Assembly: GCA_036172245.1 (NCBI GenBank) | Contig: JAYWIR010000042.1 | Span: 1,798,001 to 1,857,019, forward strand | Direction: 5' to 3' | DNA: 59,019 nt | Source: Raillietiella orientalis | Lineage: Eukaryota | Shown here: piece by piece, positions 24,601 to 38,300 of the stretch | Position numbering within the stretch: the first letter of the stretch is position 1 | Layout of the letters: each line of letters opens with the position of its first letter | Made by a program: the position numbers and the translations under genes | The notes under the pieces: model-generated | What the model was told of the DNA's origin: nothing | What the model saw: only the letters and a program-made list of their open reading frames with translations | Database searches by the model: none

Positions 24601-27600
24601 AGTCGTCCAGTGCGGAATGGAAAATGTACTAAACATTTGATTACTCCTAATGCTACCATGATGACAGCAAAACCAAGTCCAAAACCGACGTTAGGAAAGC
24701 AAAATTGTCTGTGAAGAAGTTGGCTCAGAAGTCTTCTGATTTTAAAAGATTTTCCCGTTATATGGCATAGTGAATCGGGAAAAAATCAGACTTCTCTCCA
24801 AGTGTTCCATATAGCAGCTCTCCTTCATTGCACCGAAAACTAAATTCGATGCACCGGAAACCAAAGTTCGGCAAGGAACATGCCTGGCACAGAAAAATTT
24901 GAGCTATTTTTCTCTTGAAGACATCAAAAAACAATGCAAAGTTTACGTTCAGTACGCAGCTGAATAATTCAGAGGTCTAAAATAAATTCCGGACGTATCT
25001 TGAGCATCCTTGAGATGCAGCGAGAATGTGTTAAGGCACACACAAACACATCAACACTGCTGATATCACCGCTAAGGATCAGTTGCTGCTTTTCCATTAG
25101 CAAATGAAGACTTCCAGACTGCCAGAGACTACGGTGACGGTGACAAGGAAAAATAATGCTTTGGCAACTTTAGCCGCTGACGTGCATCGCTTATTTTCTC
25201 TTTCCACTCATTTTGCTCCAATTCTACGGAACGAAATGAACATTAATTCTATAAGCAATGCCACAAATTGGAGATTGCTATTCATCACTCGCATAGTATA
25301 GTTTGACAAGAGTTTCTATCTCTAGAGGTTTCTCGCTTGCTCATAAAGTTGGCGATTCCAAAAAAATCGGTCCATTTTTATTTTCCTAAACCATTTTAGA
25401 AGGAACTAAAGTACGGATTATTTGCATGTGTTTCAATGAACCTTCCGATAGAAGGAACATTGAGAATATCATAGGAGTACATCCGTGAAGTAAAAGCTGT
25501 CATGCCAGAATTAATAGTATGCCAGATAATTAAAATAAATTGCTTTTGCTTTCCGGAGTTTTAATGAACAAATTGCACTTTATAAATTACTTGTGCAGCC
25601 TACAGACGATTATGACATTACTGCTTAATTCTTCCTTGAAACATGGAAGAATTGTAGAGTCATGCTTTGTGGAGAAAAAATACTTCTTTGTTTAAATTCT
25701 TTGAAGTGTTTTTTTCTGCTACAGTCCTGGGCAATGGTGTTTTAAGTATATTACCAAATTTTAGGGGCTGTACCTGTACATTTTCCAGACAAAGGGTATG
25801 TATGAGAATTAAACGGGCCTTAATCTTCACTGTTGCAATTATTGGCTATCGGAGTGTGGAATTTTTATGGAAATCTTTGAAATACAATTTTATATCCCAT
25901 ATTGCCAGAAATATCCCTAAACCTTTTTTTTGTTCTTTGTGTCTGTTCATTTTGCATTATACTTGTTTCCATTCATGGAAAAAACAATGTGCACTTCTCC
26001 TAATGATGGATTTTTGTTTTTCATTCAACAGACTTTGAATCTTGCTATCTTTAGGAATTTCTTGCTTCTCAAAGTGTTTCGAAAACAGTCATCATTTCCT
26101 AAGCAAGTCCTTCATATGTCTTTGAGACATTTTTCTTTTTTGAGAGGGAGCTTCCTTTAGTTTCCTGGTCCGCAACATCCTTCGCATGTTTTAAAAGGAT
26201 TCCAATAGTTTTCTGCTATAAAAATTATATATATATATTTTTTTAGTCCTGTTTACCCCCTTCGCATTCGCCTTTCAGGAACGAATCTGCTGCTCATGTG
26301 AAAGGTCCTTTAAAACTATATTTTGAAGTCTATTAGTCGATTCAAGCATGTTTGAAAATCAGCTTTAAAATCCCCAACTCAGAAATGTGGCGTCAAGAAA
26401 ACTTTTTGACTTTCCGTAGAAGTTTCGGTAAGATAGCAGTAATTTGTTGTCATCAGTTTCAGTGAAAAATGACTTTCATATCTGACTTTCATAAACATGA
26501 TTTGAAGTAAGATATCTTACAAGTATGTGTACTGTCTCCAAATCCCTTCCTCTTGAATTATCTCCTAGAAGATCACGAAAGAATGTTCACTTCGTAAGAC
26601 TTGTTTTGAATACAAAGTACTGCAGACACTACTACTGATTCTTTGTTTCAATCACTGAATTTCGTTATTTGCTTTCTATTAATTCAGTTTCGATTGCTGT
26701 CTGATTTTGTACAAGAAATGCTTACAAAAATTACATAATGCTCTGCTATTCTGTTTGAAGCAATGCTGATTCCTTGGGATATAGGTAAAACTGTTCCACG
26801 CTTTCTTATTATTGAAATCTTAAAATCAATGTTTGCGTTCCTTGAGCTTACTCGTTTTCTGATGCCTGCTTGCTTTGCAATTATTCAGTTGTCTGTATTT
26901 GAAAAGCCATTAGTATTAGCATCAGTACTTTGAAGTAAATTCGTGTGCCTTTTTTTTCTTCTAGAATAGGGTTGTTGATACTTCGTTGAGTTCTCACGAG
27001 CATAGCCTTTCAGTGAAATGATAGGTTTCATAAGCAGAACCCGTGGCAGTTCTTACATTATGCGCGAGCTCTGTTTTCCTGGTCTCCGTCTCCAACGGTG
27101 CCGTTGAATAACATTGGCTTCTCTTCCTTCATTTTTTTATGACCTTTAGTGGATTAGGTTCTGTTGAAATTTTACTTAATGTAGCCAAGATCATGCAAAT
27201 CATTAAAAAATGTGGGTCCATTACGTTTCCGTAGTTATGCACCCTTGCCATAATTAGTAAGTATGCATCTATATCATCGAGCTAGTACGTCTTCGAAATC
27301 ATCAAGACCCTACAAGAAGGCAGTGTGCTCTTTGTAAAGGAGAAATGTGACACTTTGCGTTATCTTGCATCTTTATACATCTGCATCTGTATCAAATATT
27401 GGGAATGTAATACTCTCGTCGAATTCATTGTACGGATTACTTTTTGGATAATTAGGCAAGAAAACTAGCTATGGTACCAACTAACTGCATGTTTCTTCTG
27501 AAACATCACGAAGCTTACGTGTTTCTCATCTTTAAAGATCTGGCCACCTGATATCCCAGATATCCCTATATTCGATGCAATATTTTACTGGATTTTGTTT

Positions 27601-29324
27601 GGTACAGATTATCAATTTGATTGCTCTGCTACATCCAAGAAACACATTTAAACTAACACCTTTCGACACATTTGAAATAGCAATTTCGTTTCCTGCCTAT
27701 GGACCATTCACAAAATGGAAACTGTTTCACTATATTTTGAAAACGGACTTGGGAACAGCTCTGTTATTTTGCAATATGTTTATTTCCCCCGACCAATGAT
27801 CTGCCAATCCAGGTTTGATTAAGTTGTTGATTGCCTTATGAAGAAAATGAAAGAAAAAAATAAAAGCTTATATTAAGCTCCGCAGTGGGCATTTGAGTAA
27901 TGATTCAGTATGCTCCGCTGTGTTCATGGGCCAAATGTTATTTCGATGTTAAATCATGCATGAAGTAACCGGAGCGAAGACTGGGAAAGCGTCTTGAGAA
28001 GCAAGCTGTATTCCAAAGGCATTTTCAATTTGTGTTAGCTGAAAATCCATAATTCATAAGCCGTTGTTCGGTATTATAATTTCTGAATGACAGTCGACTC
28101 AAAATGCCTTGAAATTTTTTGTTGGGCAAGTCTTTTGCTACAGTAACAAAAGGTTCTTTTGTTTCAAAATTTCATGAACCCGCTGAATCTCCAGGGCGGT
28201 TTTTGATAGTGCTAAGTCATTTCTTTTAATGTTGATTTATTATTAGAGAATTTTGTAAATTCAGATGCCAACACTTAGCTTACTCACGGAGTGTTTTGCT
28301 GTTCATCTTGCAAAACTGCCATAAGGCAAAATGAGTCTGTTGAAGTGGCAGTATGAACAAGTGTTCATTGGAACTGAGAACTTAAAACTGAAGGTGGAGG
28401 AACCCTTTTGAAAATGCTTTAAAAGTTTTGAGAATCAAGTAGAACCCTCCAGCTGTCACAGGTTAGTTTACAGACAAAATAGAATTTATGAATAGCTTGC
28501 TTCATACTTTGCATATGTACTGTGTTCTTGCATTAAGGATCTTTTTATGCATAAAGTCATGGCAAAGCATTTGTTAATGTATTTCATGTAGTTAAATCAA
28601 ATGCTGTCATGAATTTCCTTGGAATCCAAGGAATATGGATTACGAGTAAATTATTTTATTTATGGAAATGTGATATTTGAAACTTTCCAAAACCAAATTT
28701 TCACTTCAAGTTCTATGTCAGCATACTTTTTCCCCCTAATTTTCAGAAATTGAAACTCATTTGGGAAATGGATATACCAAAATTCAAAGCCTGCTTTCAA
28801 GTTCTTTGATTTTTTATTTTATTTTTGAAGCATAGTTTGGAGAAAATGTTGTTGCTTGACTTTATGTGTATTTGATTGTTTTAGCTTATGGTACTGGTTA
28901 TGCAATTATTTACATGTGATAGTGTACATAGAAAGTGAATGGCCAAGTTAGATGTGGAAAGTTCGAAATTTTATCAATTAAGATTTGCATTATCATCAAA
29001 CTAAACTCAGATGCAATGATCTGTTGAGCAGTTCTCTGTTGTTCAATTCTAGGCTGGTAATAATTCAAAGTTGTATGTGTCATAGAATTAGAATAAGAAA
29101 AGAACCTTCAGTTTTGCATTTATGAACTACATTTTCTTCTATTTTGCACAAGTTTGTTTGCATTTATTTGCTCAAAATGATGTTATTTCCTCCTCGAATA
29201 GATTTTGTAACACTAGTGCACCTTTTGTCAAACCACCACCATTGCCTTCATGGTGTTCATGATCTTGATCATAATGCTGTTCTTTTATTCATCTTTCAGA
29301 TTTGAAAGTGATAGTGTTCCAAGA

Positions 29325-32300
29325 ATGAAGATAAAGCTTACATATTTGACATATGAAATATGGCTAATTGCATATATTCATTTGACTGCCACTCTTGCTG
29401 AATGGCTTGATGATTTTTCTGATGAAAATGAAAAACTTGAAACAGGTAATCATTTACTAAGCATTGACTGATTTTCATTCAAAACTAGACCACTTTCTCC
29501 ATCATGGAAGTTATTTCTTTTAAATGAGTTTCTAAAGACGTTTTTTAATTTATTTCATTTCTAATTTAGCAACTCATATGCATATTTAGACATTTTTTTG
29601 CAAGGGTCTCAGTGATTATCTTATATCTTATGATTTTGCCCAGATGTTTTGCAAACATCATCATGATGTATCCTGGGATTTTGCGATGTATTATGATTTT
29701 GTTTAATTTTTGATTTAAAAAGCATGATTCATTACGTTTGAGACTTGAACGAACTTTTGAGACTACCAGGGAGCCCAGATTCAGTGCTTTGAGTCACTCT
29801 TGTCGGAAAATCTCATTAAAAGTTTCAGCAGCCTCTTGCAAATTATTTCCGGTTTGGTATATTGATGTACGAACTTTAAAAATTGGAACCTCCACGTCTC
29901 TTTGAACTCTGGAAAATTTGACATGTACGGAGTTACATTGAAGTATTATTGTAGATCCTTTCTTAAATTTTAGGTGGTCTCCATTTTCCCATGTTATAGG
30001 TATCCTATTTCTCTCATTTGCTTTTTATTTGATGTACCCGTAATCTTCGGGAAATAGTCATGAAACAAAGATTCAAGAAAGTCTTATGTTGTGTATTCCA
30101 CTTTCTGTGCCTGAATTATTCAGTGAATAAATTTGAACTTACATGTGATGGAGAATGTTTCTCAAATTTTAGGGAATGCAAATTTGAAAGAATGTATTAA
30201 GAGTTGTACTAAACCCTTCCAGTGTACAACAGGCAGTAAATGGTGTCTTCGTTGTAGCTGTTTGCTTCTCACATCAGTATGTTTATTTGCAGTGCTTGCT
30301 CCTTGTTAGTAATGAAAACACTTTAAGTCGGGACACTGAAAGCATAAAAGTGGTAATAAAATCAATTGAGTGTTTTGAACCAATTAAGTGTCACTTCACT
30401 GTACTGAATCTGCTTCTCAGTAACGAAGATGGTTTTTGTCAAGAGACATCGTTTTAATTACGTGGGAAGGAACAAGTCGACACTTGCTTAATCGTAACAT
30501 AATTTGTGATTCGAATAGGTTTGTCTGTAACTGGAAAGATACATAAACAAAAGAGCATGTGAAATGAAAATCATCCATGTTTAACAGAAAACGGGGGGGG
30601 GGGGAGGAAGAGATTCTAAGGGTTCTTATGGTCTTGATCAACCTTCAGAATTCTGGAGATCCAAGTCAATCCATCACCAGGAAGTGCATCAGATGCTCGC
30701 TGCAGCTTCTAGTGATTGACTACCGAAATGTGTTTAATGGTCAAGTGTTTTCTCAACCCCCCCCTCCCCCCCGGTTCTCCGAGCATTCTTCTGAAACGTG
30801 ATGAAGTACGGAAGGTTTCGAACCAGCGTGAATGCGAGTCAACACGGAAATCTGTTGGCAGAAACAAACAAACAAACGTGCTTTTGATGTAGCAGGAGAA
30901 TTTTTTTTATGTAGAAAAGGGCGTTTTTTATGTAGTTTTACACGTCTGCAAACGTCCAGGGAAATAGTAGTGGAACCGCAGAAACGAAGATGGTGCAGGT
31001 TCATTATGCAGTTTGTTAGTGTAGTCTTCACGCTCACTGTGACGGGAGTGTTCGTGTTTGAGGAAGGTTCTTCTTCTGCTATATGAAAATGCTGGATGGG
31101 CAGACTTAGCCCTGCAGGTTGATGGAGAAGGACGAAAAACTTCTGGCATTACCTTTTTCCTTTTTTTAAATGCATGAATGCACGAGAACTGATTTTTTCC
31201 CGTTTGGAAAGAATTGAAGAAAGGAGAACAAGAACAAGGGCAGTTCAAAGAAGGAGCAAGTGTGAAAGAATGCTTGCGTTTGAAGATGCACGGTCAATCC
31301 ATGTCTTTCGAAGGTCGATGCGGAATTCAAGGTGCTTCCTCCCTGACCCACCCAGTAGCAGGAATGAAGAAAAGCATCAGCACGCTGTGCCTCATTGCAC
31401 ATCTTGTTTTCCCTCGTGTTCCTTGCGTGGCCGTGTTGTCTTGTGTTCGGGAATGCAAGCACGGAGTGGAAACCAAAAGACTGAGCGGCAAAGCGAGGTG
31501 CCTCGTATTTTCCTGCGTGCGCTCTTCGAGTTGATCGCGTGCGTGCTGTGGGCTGCTGGGATCTGGAGCAACTTTTGCCTTTAACGCGAGGTGGTGTGGC
31601 GTGAGGCCACCCGAGAGATGCCGACAGGTCGCGGCGGCCCATCGCCGCACGCCGACGTGACTCATGCGAGCGCCTGGAACTTCTGCCGTGCCAGGTGAGC
31701 TCGGTGCAGCCACGTGGGATTGGGGATTCAGGACACCAACTCGCGTTGCTGACGGCGTTGTCGTGCGCGGAAGATTTCCGCAAGATGAGATGAGCAAGCG
31801 AGATGTACGCGAATGTCACCGATTCCGAACCAGGATAATGGGATCCGTGTCGGGGTTCGGGAACGCCGGGGCAGGGGAAGCGGAGCGGGGTGCAGTTTAA
31901 TGGGATAACCTTGCAGTAGGCCTTGCCTCGTTCACGGTCCACTGCCGCCCACAAGAACCTTCTTTCACTCCTAAAAGATCGGGTGGACTCGATCGATCCC
32001 CACACCCGAAACGAGTCGTCAAGCGTTTCGAACTCTCCGTTCCGAACGGTGAAGCAAAGAATCCAACAGCCTCCGCCAAGAACGCGCAAGTCGGGATTTC
32101 GAGAGGTCTCCTTGACAGTGTGAATTTGTGAACGTTCGTGAGGCTGCTGTGGGGTTTCCTCCGGTAGACACACGCGGCTGCGGACCGCGACCGAATGCCG
32201 CAGGGTTCGGCACTGCACACGCTCTGAGGTGCCAGGGTTCGCGGCTGGAAGGGCGGCAAGCGTGAACGTGGGGCGCCGTGGCGGAGGAGTCTTTGCCCAC

Positions 32301-35300
32301 CGTCCACGTTTGCCCACGATTGCCTGCGTCACCGAGTTGTAGCTACGCGACCCCCCGTCCGTGTCTGACGTGAACAGCGCCTCGACGACTGCAGGCGGTG
32401 GTCGTCGTAGTTCCTTGTGCTTCCTTTGTGCTTTGTTCAGGCTGTTCCTGCGGTACGGACCTCAGATGGTTTGGACCGGAACCGTTGGCACATCCCGCGG
32501 ATCTTGGAATTCGTAGTCATCGCTGGCGGTCTCGCTTGACAGGAGCGTGGACGTTTCGTCATTTCGCTCTCTGGAGCTTGATCACCGTCGAATAAAATTC
32601 GTTTTTCTCAGCCTGATCGAAAGATGCTCTTAAGAAAAGACAAATGCTAGATGCTTCCCTCTTGAATCTTCTGATTGTAAAAATCCTGTTTCGGTTTTTT
32701 CAGGTCACATTTTCGAATTCTCCTGCGGCGTGTTGTATTACAGGACGTTGTATTTGGACCCTAAAAGAGATGCCCTCTACATCGGCGCCATGTGAGATGT
32801 TTTATGCACTATTTTATAAATAAGAAGTCGCTACCCCGCTCCCCCCCTTTTCCTCCCTGAAAGTTTGCACCAAGGGAAGTTGCGATTCCCATAAATTGCC
32901 TGCTTGCTGTCGCACCCTAAAAGCCGTAACGGCAGCAGATCTGTCAAGGTCTAATGCTGGAGCGTCAAGTGCCCTTTCGAGTGTTTCAGTCATGCCGTTT
33001 GTGCGGACACTCCGCTGTTCGAATGTCAAAGTCGCATCCGGGGAAATTCCGGAAGTTAATTGAGCCAGTCGCGCTTGGAGTTATGAAACGGCCATTATTA
33101 AGCTTGCTAAATTATGGCGGCTCCATTTTTCAGTCTCCCCCTGCTAAGTGGTTGTCCATGTTTTTTCAGGGACAGGATCTATTCCCTGATACCTCAAAAC
33201 ATCAACCGGACTGACTGCAAAGTAAGTTGCCTGCCCGTCTGTGCTCCTCATTGCGTGTGAAAGAGGTTCTGTCCTCACAGAGGTGGCGCGCGGGTCTCCC
33301 CCATGGTGGGCCCTCCGTGCGGCCACTCCCCGTACCTGCTCCCTAGCGTCGTTGATCCACTCACCGCGCGTGCGTTGCCTGTCGCGTGCATCCCGTCAGG
33401 AGCGAGTTTCGGGGAGTGGCCCACGACTCCTCTGGATGAGAGCATCCGGAGTTCGGGACTCCGGATCGGTTACTTGTCCGCTGTACTCTGTATCGCCCGC
33501 GGTTGGGGTCGTTCTGAACTCTTCTGTGGAGGACTGGTGATGCGGGCAAATGCAGAGCACATTTGCTATTGTCTTCCGCATCCGCTGATGCAAGGCCGCT
33601 CATTTGGAAGGAAACAGGCGGGAGTTTCCTGCCCATGTCGTTCTTGCGATGGTAGGAAAAGCGTCCTTCCCCGGGCACTGGTATCCAGCGGCAAAGGCCA
33701 AATCCCGTGGTGGGGTGAAGGGCTGACTCTTACCTGCGCCCAAGTAGGAAGCGAAGCGATTTCGGATTTCCTGAGGAACTGCGGCATCCGATGGAAGGCG
33801 TAAACGTGAGACCAGCACGTCTGTACGCGGAGGCCACGGACGCGCCGGTCCTCACTGGATCTTCGGGGCAGCGACCAGCACGAAGGGCGAGACCGGGTCC
33901 GCACGGCCTGCCCGCGGCAGCGGCGGGAAGTGGCGAGATCGGCAGCAGGAAGGACAGCTGGCCACCTGAGAATCGGGGTGGCTGGTGGCCGCCTCGACTG
34001 CGCGCTCCAGTACTGCGCCTGGACAGGTGGCGGCCGATACCTGCCTGGAATCCGGAATGCATGCAGGTTGGCACCTGTATTCTCCAGCGTGACGCGAGCT
34101 GCTCACGGCACCTGCCCGTGGTCTCTCGTGCTGTAAGCTCATATGCAAAACTGCTCCAGGGCCCCAGAGCTCTTCGAACGCGGCGGGCGCATCCATGGCC
34201 AACCAGCTTGCCTCATCCCTGCCCGGACTTTTGCGGCATTCGTGATCGGGGAAATCACCACGGGAGTGGTCCTCCCATTCTGCCGATTTAACGGGACCAT
34301 CGATCGATTGAGGATGCCCCTTGGTTACTGCGCGCTTTCGCTTGTTACGTTCTCCAGTTAAGCGCCTCTTCCAGTTTGGGTCACGAACGCGCCCCAACTA
34401 GGGTAGGAGGAAAGGCGCTTGCCGCAAGTTGTGGTTGCAAGCGAAGAGCGTCTGCGGACGCTACGTGGGGCTGTTGGTCGCCGTGCGATCCGGCGACCCG
34501 GGGAATCACTTTCAGCCTCGTAGTCCGCACCAAGCGAGACGTATGCCTGCTTGGATGACCCCGTGCAGGAGTTGCTGGGTCATCGAAGCAGCTTCGTTCC
34601 GGATGGGTTGCGCTTGGCTTCTTGCTCCGCCCTCCCGACCTCTGTTCCTGGGAATCGGGATCCCAGGAAGGTGACAGTGCGAGGAGGTGCATTCCTGGTT
34701 CTACACCGCATCACCGTATAGGATAGTCGCGTCTTTCGACTCTCGGGGCGAGGCGGGGAAGGGCTCCGGAGGAGCGTCACAAAGATCGCTTCTTTCCCGG
34801 AAGTGCTGCTGTGGCACAAAGCGGGGCATTTTTCACATTAGCGGGCGATTTCGAGTAGGGCGGGGGTGGGGTCGAAGAATGCAGTTCGTTCCTTTTGTCC
34901 GGAGGACAGATGCCCTTCGAATGCCTTGGCTTAATGCCTGGAAGGACGTAACGCGGATCCTTGGCAACTTCCTTTCGGTCCTGGGTCCTAAGGATCATCG
35001 CCAACTCGATGCATCCCCTGTTGAAAGTTTCCTGGGAACCCAGGGGTTCTCCAGTTGCCGAAGCGCCTTCTGATGTCTGCTGCGCACGGAGCCGCTGCGC
35101 GAAAGTGTTCGGGTCGCGCCGTGCCGTTTGCGGTGTTCCTTGGCCACTGCAAACGGCACGGCGCGGCTTGGCCAGTGTTGCTTCCTCGGTGTGCGTGGGG
35201 AAAGGGGAGGGAGGGACCTGCATGGATGCTACGCCTCCCCCGCCGCCCCTTCGAACCTGACCTTGGCCCTCAAAGAACTCTCTTCGCCTAGGTACATTCC

Positions 35301-38300
35301 CTGAGCCTGAATCCGACCGACGTGACCGAGTGCATATCCAAAGGGAAGGATGAGGTGAGTCACTCCCGCGCACGCTTCTGGGAAGCCTTCCTCGGTTTCG
35401 AACACCTCTTGTAAACAGCCTGGGGGGAGGTGACCAAGCGCATCCGCACAGCCACTGCGCTTTCCTCCTTCCCCCCCGCCCCCTCCCTTCCGCGTGTATC
35501 CCAAGCGTTTAGGGACTGCTGCCGAACAAAGGCTGATCTCAGGCAGCCGATGCAGTTCAGGCCACAGACAAGCGGTCTCACGTGGTCGCAGCAGTCGTCC
35601 GTCCAGTGCTTGCCCTCGGGCACGCCTCCTCGCGTGCTGTGTGATCCCTCCGCGGCGAGCATTCGCTACGCCTTCGAAGACCTTTGCGCCACGAAGTCTT
35701 CTCCGTTTCTCTCTGGACAAACTACCCGCGATGTGCCAGACCAAGACCGCAACGGACTCTGGCTGATACTCATCATCTGTTCTGTGCGAAGGGACGCCTG
35801 CGAAGTTTCTCCCGATTACCCACCCACATCCCCCCTTTCAGTCCATCTTCCTTCCTGTTTCAAGCTTCCTTTCCTCCCCCACAGAACGTCTTGAACCGCG
35901 TTCTCCCGAGCGGAGTGTCCTGATCAGCACGGACACTGCTCTGCCGGCAGCGCCTCCGGTCGTTGGCTATGGCAGCTCGGTGCGGTTGGTTTCACGAAAG
36001 AGCGAGGGTGGTCCGCACCCCCCCCCCCTCCTCCTTTCGCTCGCCGAACGTCACCGGGAAATCCCGCTCGGTTTCTCGCCGTCCGGGGGTGCTCGTGTCC
36101 GCGGCGCAACTCCGGCGACGGATACGACGCGCTTCCACCGTCGCCGGAGCTGCAGGAGGAGCGAAGCGGAGGAGTATGAAACATCCCGACGCATGGCTTC
36201 CGTTACCCGGGTTCCCCTACCCCTACCCCCACACACACTCCTCTTACTTTCCGACGCGCCCTTCTGCGATCTTTCTGGTCGACGGAAAGATCGCAGGAGG
36301 AAGCGTCGCCTTGCGCTGCGCACGGGGGACGGCGCGCACACGCGTGAGGGCCAATTTCCTCCGGGCGCAACCCTGCGCGCGTCAGCTGGCGACCTCGAGA
36401 AATGCGTTAGCCTCCCTTCCCTCCAAACACCCGCACGCACGCCACGCTTCCCTTTTCTGGGTCCTTCAGGTTTACGAGTGCCGGAATCACATCCGCGTCA
36501 TCCAGCCCACTGGAGACGGCAGCCGCCTCTACGTCTGCGGCACGAATGCGCACAAACCCAAGGAATGGATCATCCACGTATGTGTTGCTTTTGCTTCTTT
36601 GCGTCTGTGAGCGTGTGGTTGTTGCTTTTGGTGGCGGGGGCCTCCTCTTCCATCGGGGCGCGTGTTTCACCCGCCTATCCCTCTTTCCCTCCCCGCAGAG
36701 CAACCTGACTCACCTGAGGCCGTCGGAGCGACCCCCGGGCATCGAGAGCGGCATCGCCAAGTGCCCATTCGACCCATCCGACAACAGCACGGCAGTTTGG
36801 GTGGAGACCGGCAACCCGGAGGACCTGCCCGCGCTTTACAGCGGCACCGTGGCAGAGTTCAACAAGGCCGACAGCGGCATCTTCCGCCCAGAGCTGTACC
36901 GCCCGTTCTCGGCGGTGCCCGCATACGAATACAAGCGCACGCTCAAGTACGACTCCCTGTGGCTGGACAAGCCACAGTTCGTGGGGGCGTTCGATGCGGA
37001 CGACCACGTCCTGTTCTTCTTCCGGGAGACAGCCGTCGAGTACATCAACTGCGGCAAAAGCGTCTTCTCCAGGGTGGCGCGCGTCTGCAAGCGGGACACG
37101 GGCGGCAAGCAAGCCCTCAACTGGGACGAGAACTGGGCTTCATTCCTGAAGGCCCGCCTGAACTGCTCCCTGCCGGGAGAGTTCCCGTTCTACTTCAACG
37201 AGATCCGTAAGCGCCCGGCTAGCAGGGCTCAAGGTATTCTTCTCGCCCCCGCCAGAGCACGTGTACCAGTCGCCAGGCGACAGGAAGCGCTTCCACGCCG
37301 TCTTCACCACGTCGCTGAACGGCTTCGTGGGGTCTGCCGTGTGTACCTACACGCGTGCAAGCATCCAGGTGTGTGGCGCGCGCGGAAGCCCGCCGGACGT
37401 GCTCGCCCAACTCTGCCTTTCCTCCCTCCCCCTGAAGGATGCGTTCGAGGGGAGGTTTAAGGAACAGACCACGTCTAGGTCCGCCTGGCTGCCCGTGCTG
37501 ACCAGCTCCGTGCCCAGCCCCAGACCGGGCAGATGCGTCAACGACACGAAGACCCTGCCGGACGCGGTGGTCAACTTCCAGCGCACGCACACGCTGATGG
37601 ACCAGGCGGTCGCCCACGAGCGAGACCGGCCCGTCTTCCACCAGTCCGGGGTCATCTTCACGCGCCTGGTGGTCCACGAGCTAGGGCGGCAGCAGCGGGT
37701 CTACTTCCTGGGAACAGGTGAGTCGCGCGCGCACCCCCAGCACGCGTGGGTTCCCTGCTCCCGTTCCTTTTCAGATCGCGGAAAGATCTACAAGGTGGCG
37801 CAGTGGCTCGACGACGACGGCACTGTCCGTTCCCGCTTACTGGACGTGTTCCGGGTGACCACCCCGCACCCCGTCCGAGCCATGGACATATCGTCCAAGG
37901 TAAGGAAGGAGACACGGCGCCGCACTTACCGCGCCACCTGGCTGGCACCTTCCTCCAGCACAGAGTCCTGTACGTGACCTCTGACTACCACGTGAAGCAG
38001 ATTGCGCTGGCCCTGTGCTCGCTCCGGTACAACAGCTGTGTGCGGTGCGTCCGCGATCCCTATTGCGGCTGGGACGGCCAGGCGTGCAGGACGTTCACGA
38101 CCAAGTACGAGGCAGGGAGGGAAAGGGGGGATAAACGAGGAGGCGGCTTAGTTTGCTGCAGGACGTGAGGGGTGAATTCCCGGAGGTGTGCCGTCCGACC
38201 CAGATGATGACCCTCCAGATGACAGCTCATCACGGCCAGAACGTGCACCTGCCATGTCAGTTTCGCCAACCTGCGAGCGCTGCCGCGGGCTTCTCGTCCC

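Noticed and set aside
24600..28200. Possible further gene or LINE 5' half in AT-rich sequence
   Set aside because: Only scattered weak motifs; no consistent exon chain or domain could be supported.
28265..28461. AG/GT-bounded block as a 5' UTR exon of semaphorin paralog 1
   Set aside because: Splice-like signals only; it cannot be supported without transcripts.
30812..30830. B-box-like GGTTCGAAACC on the minus strand (tRNA/SINE)
   Set aside because: No A-box or cloverleaf could be built.
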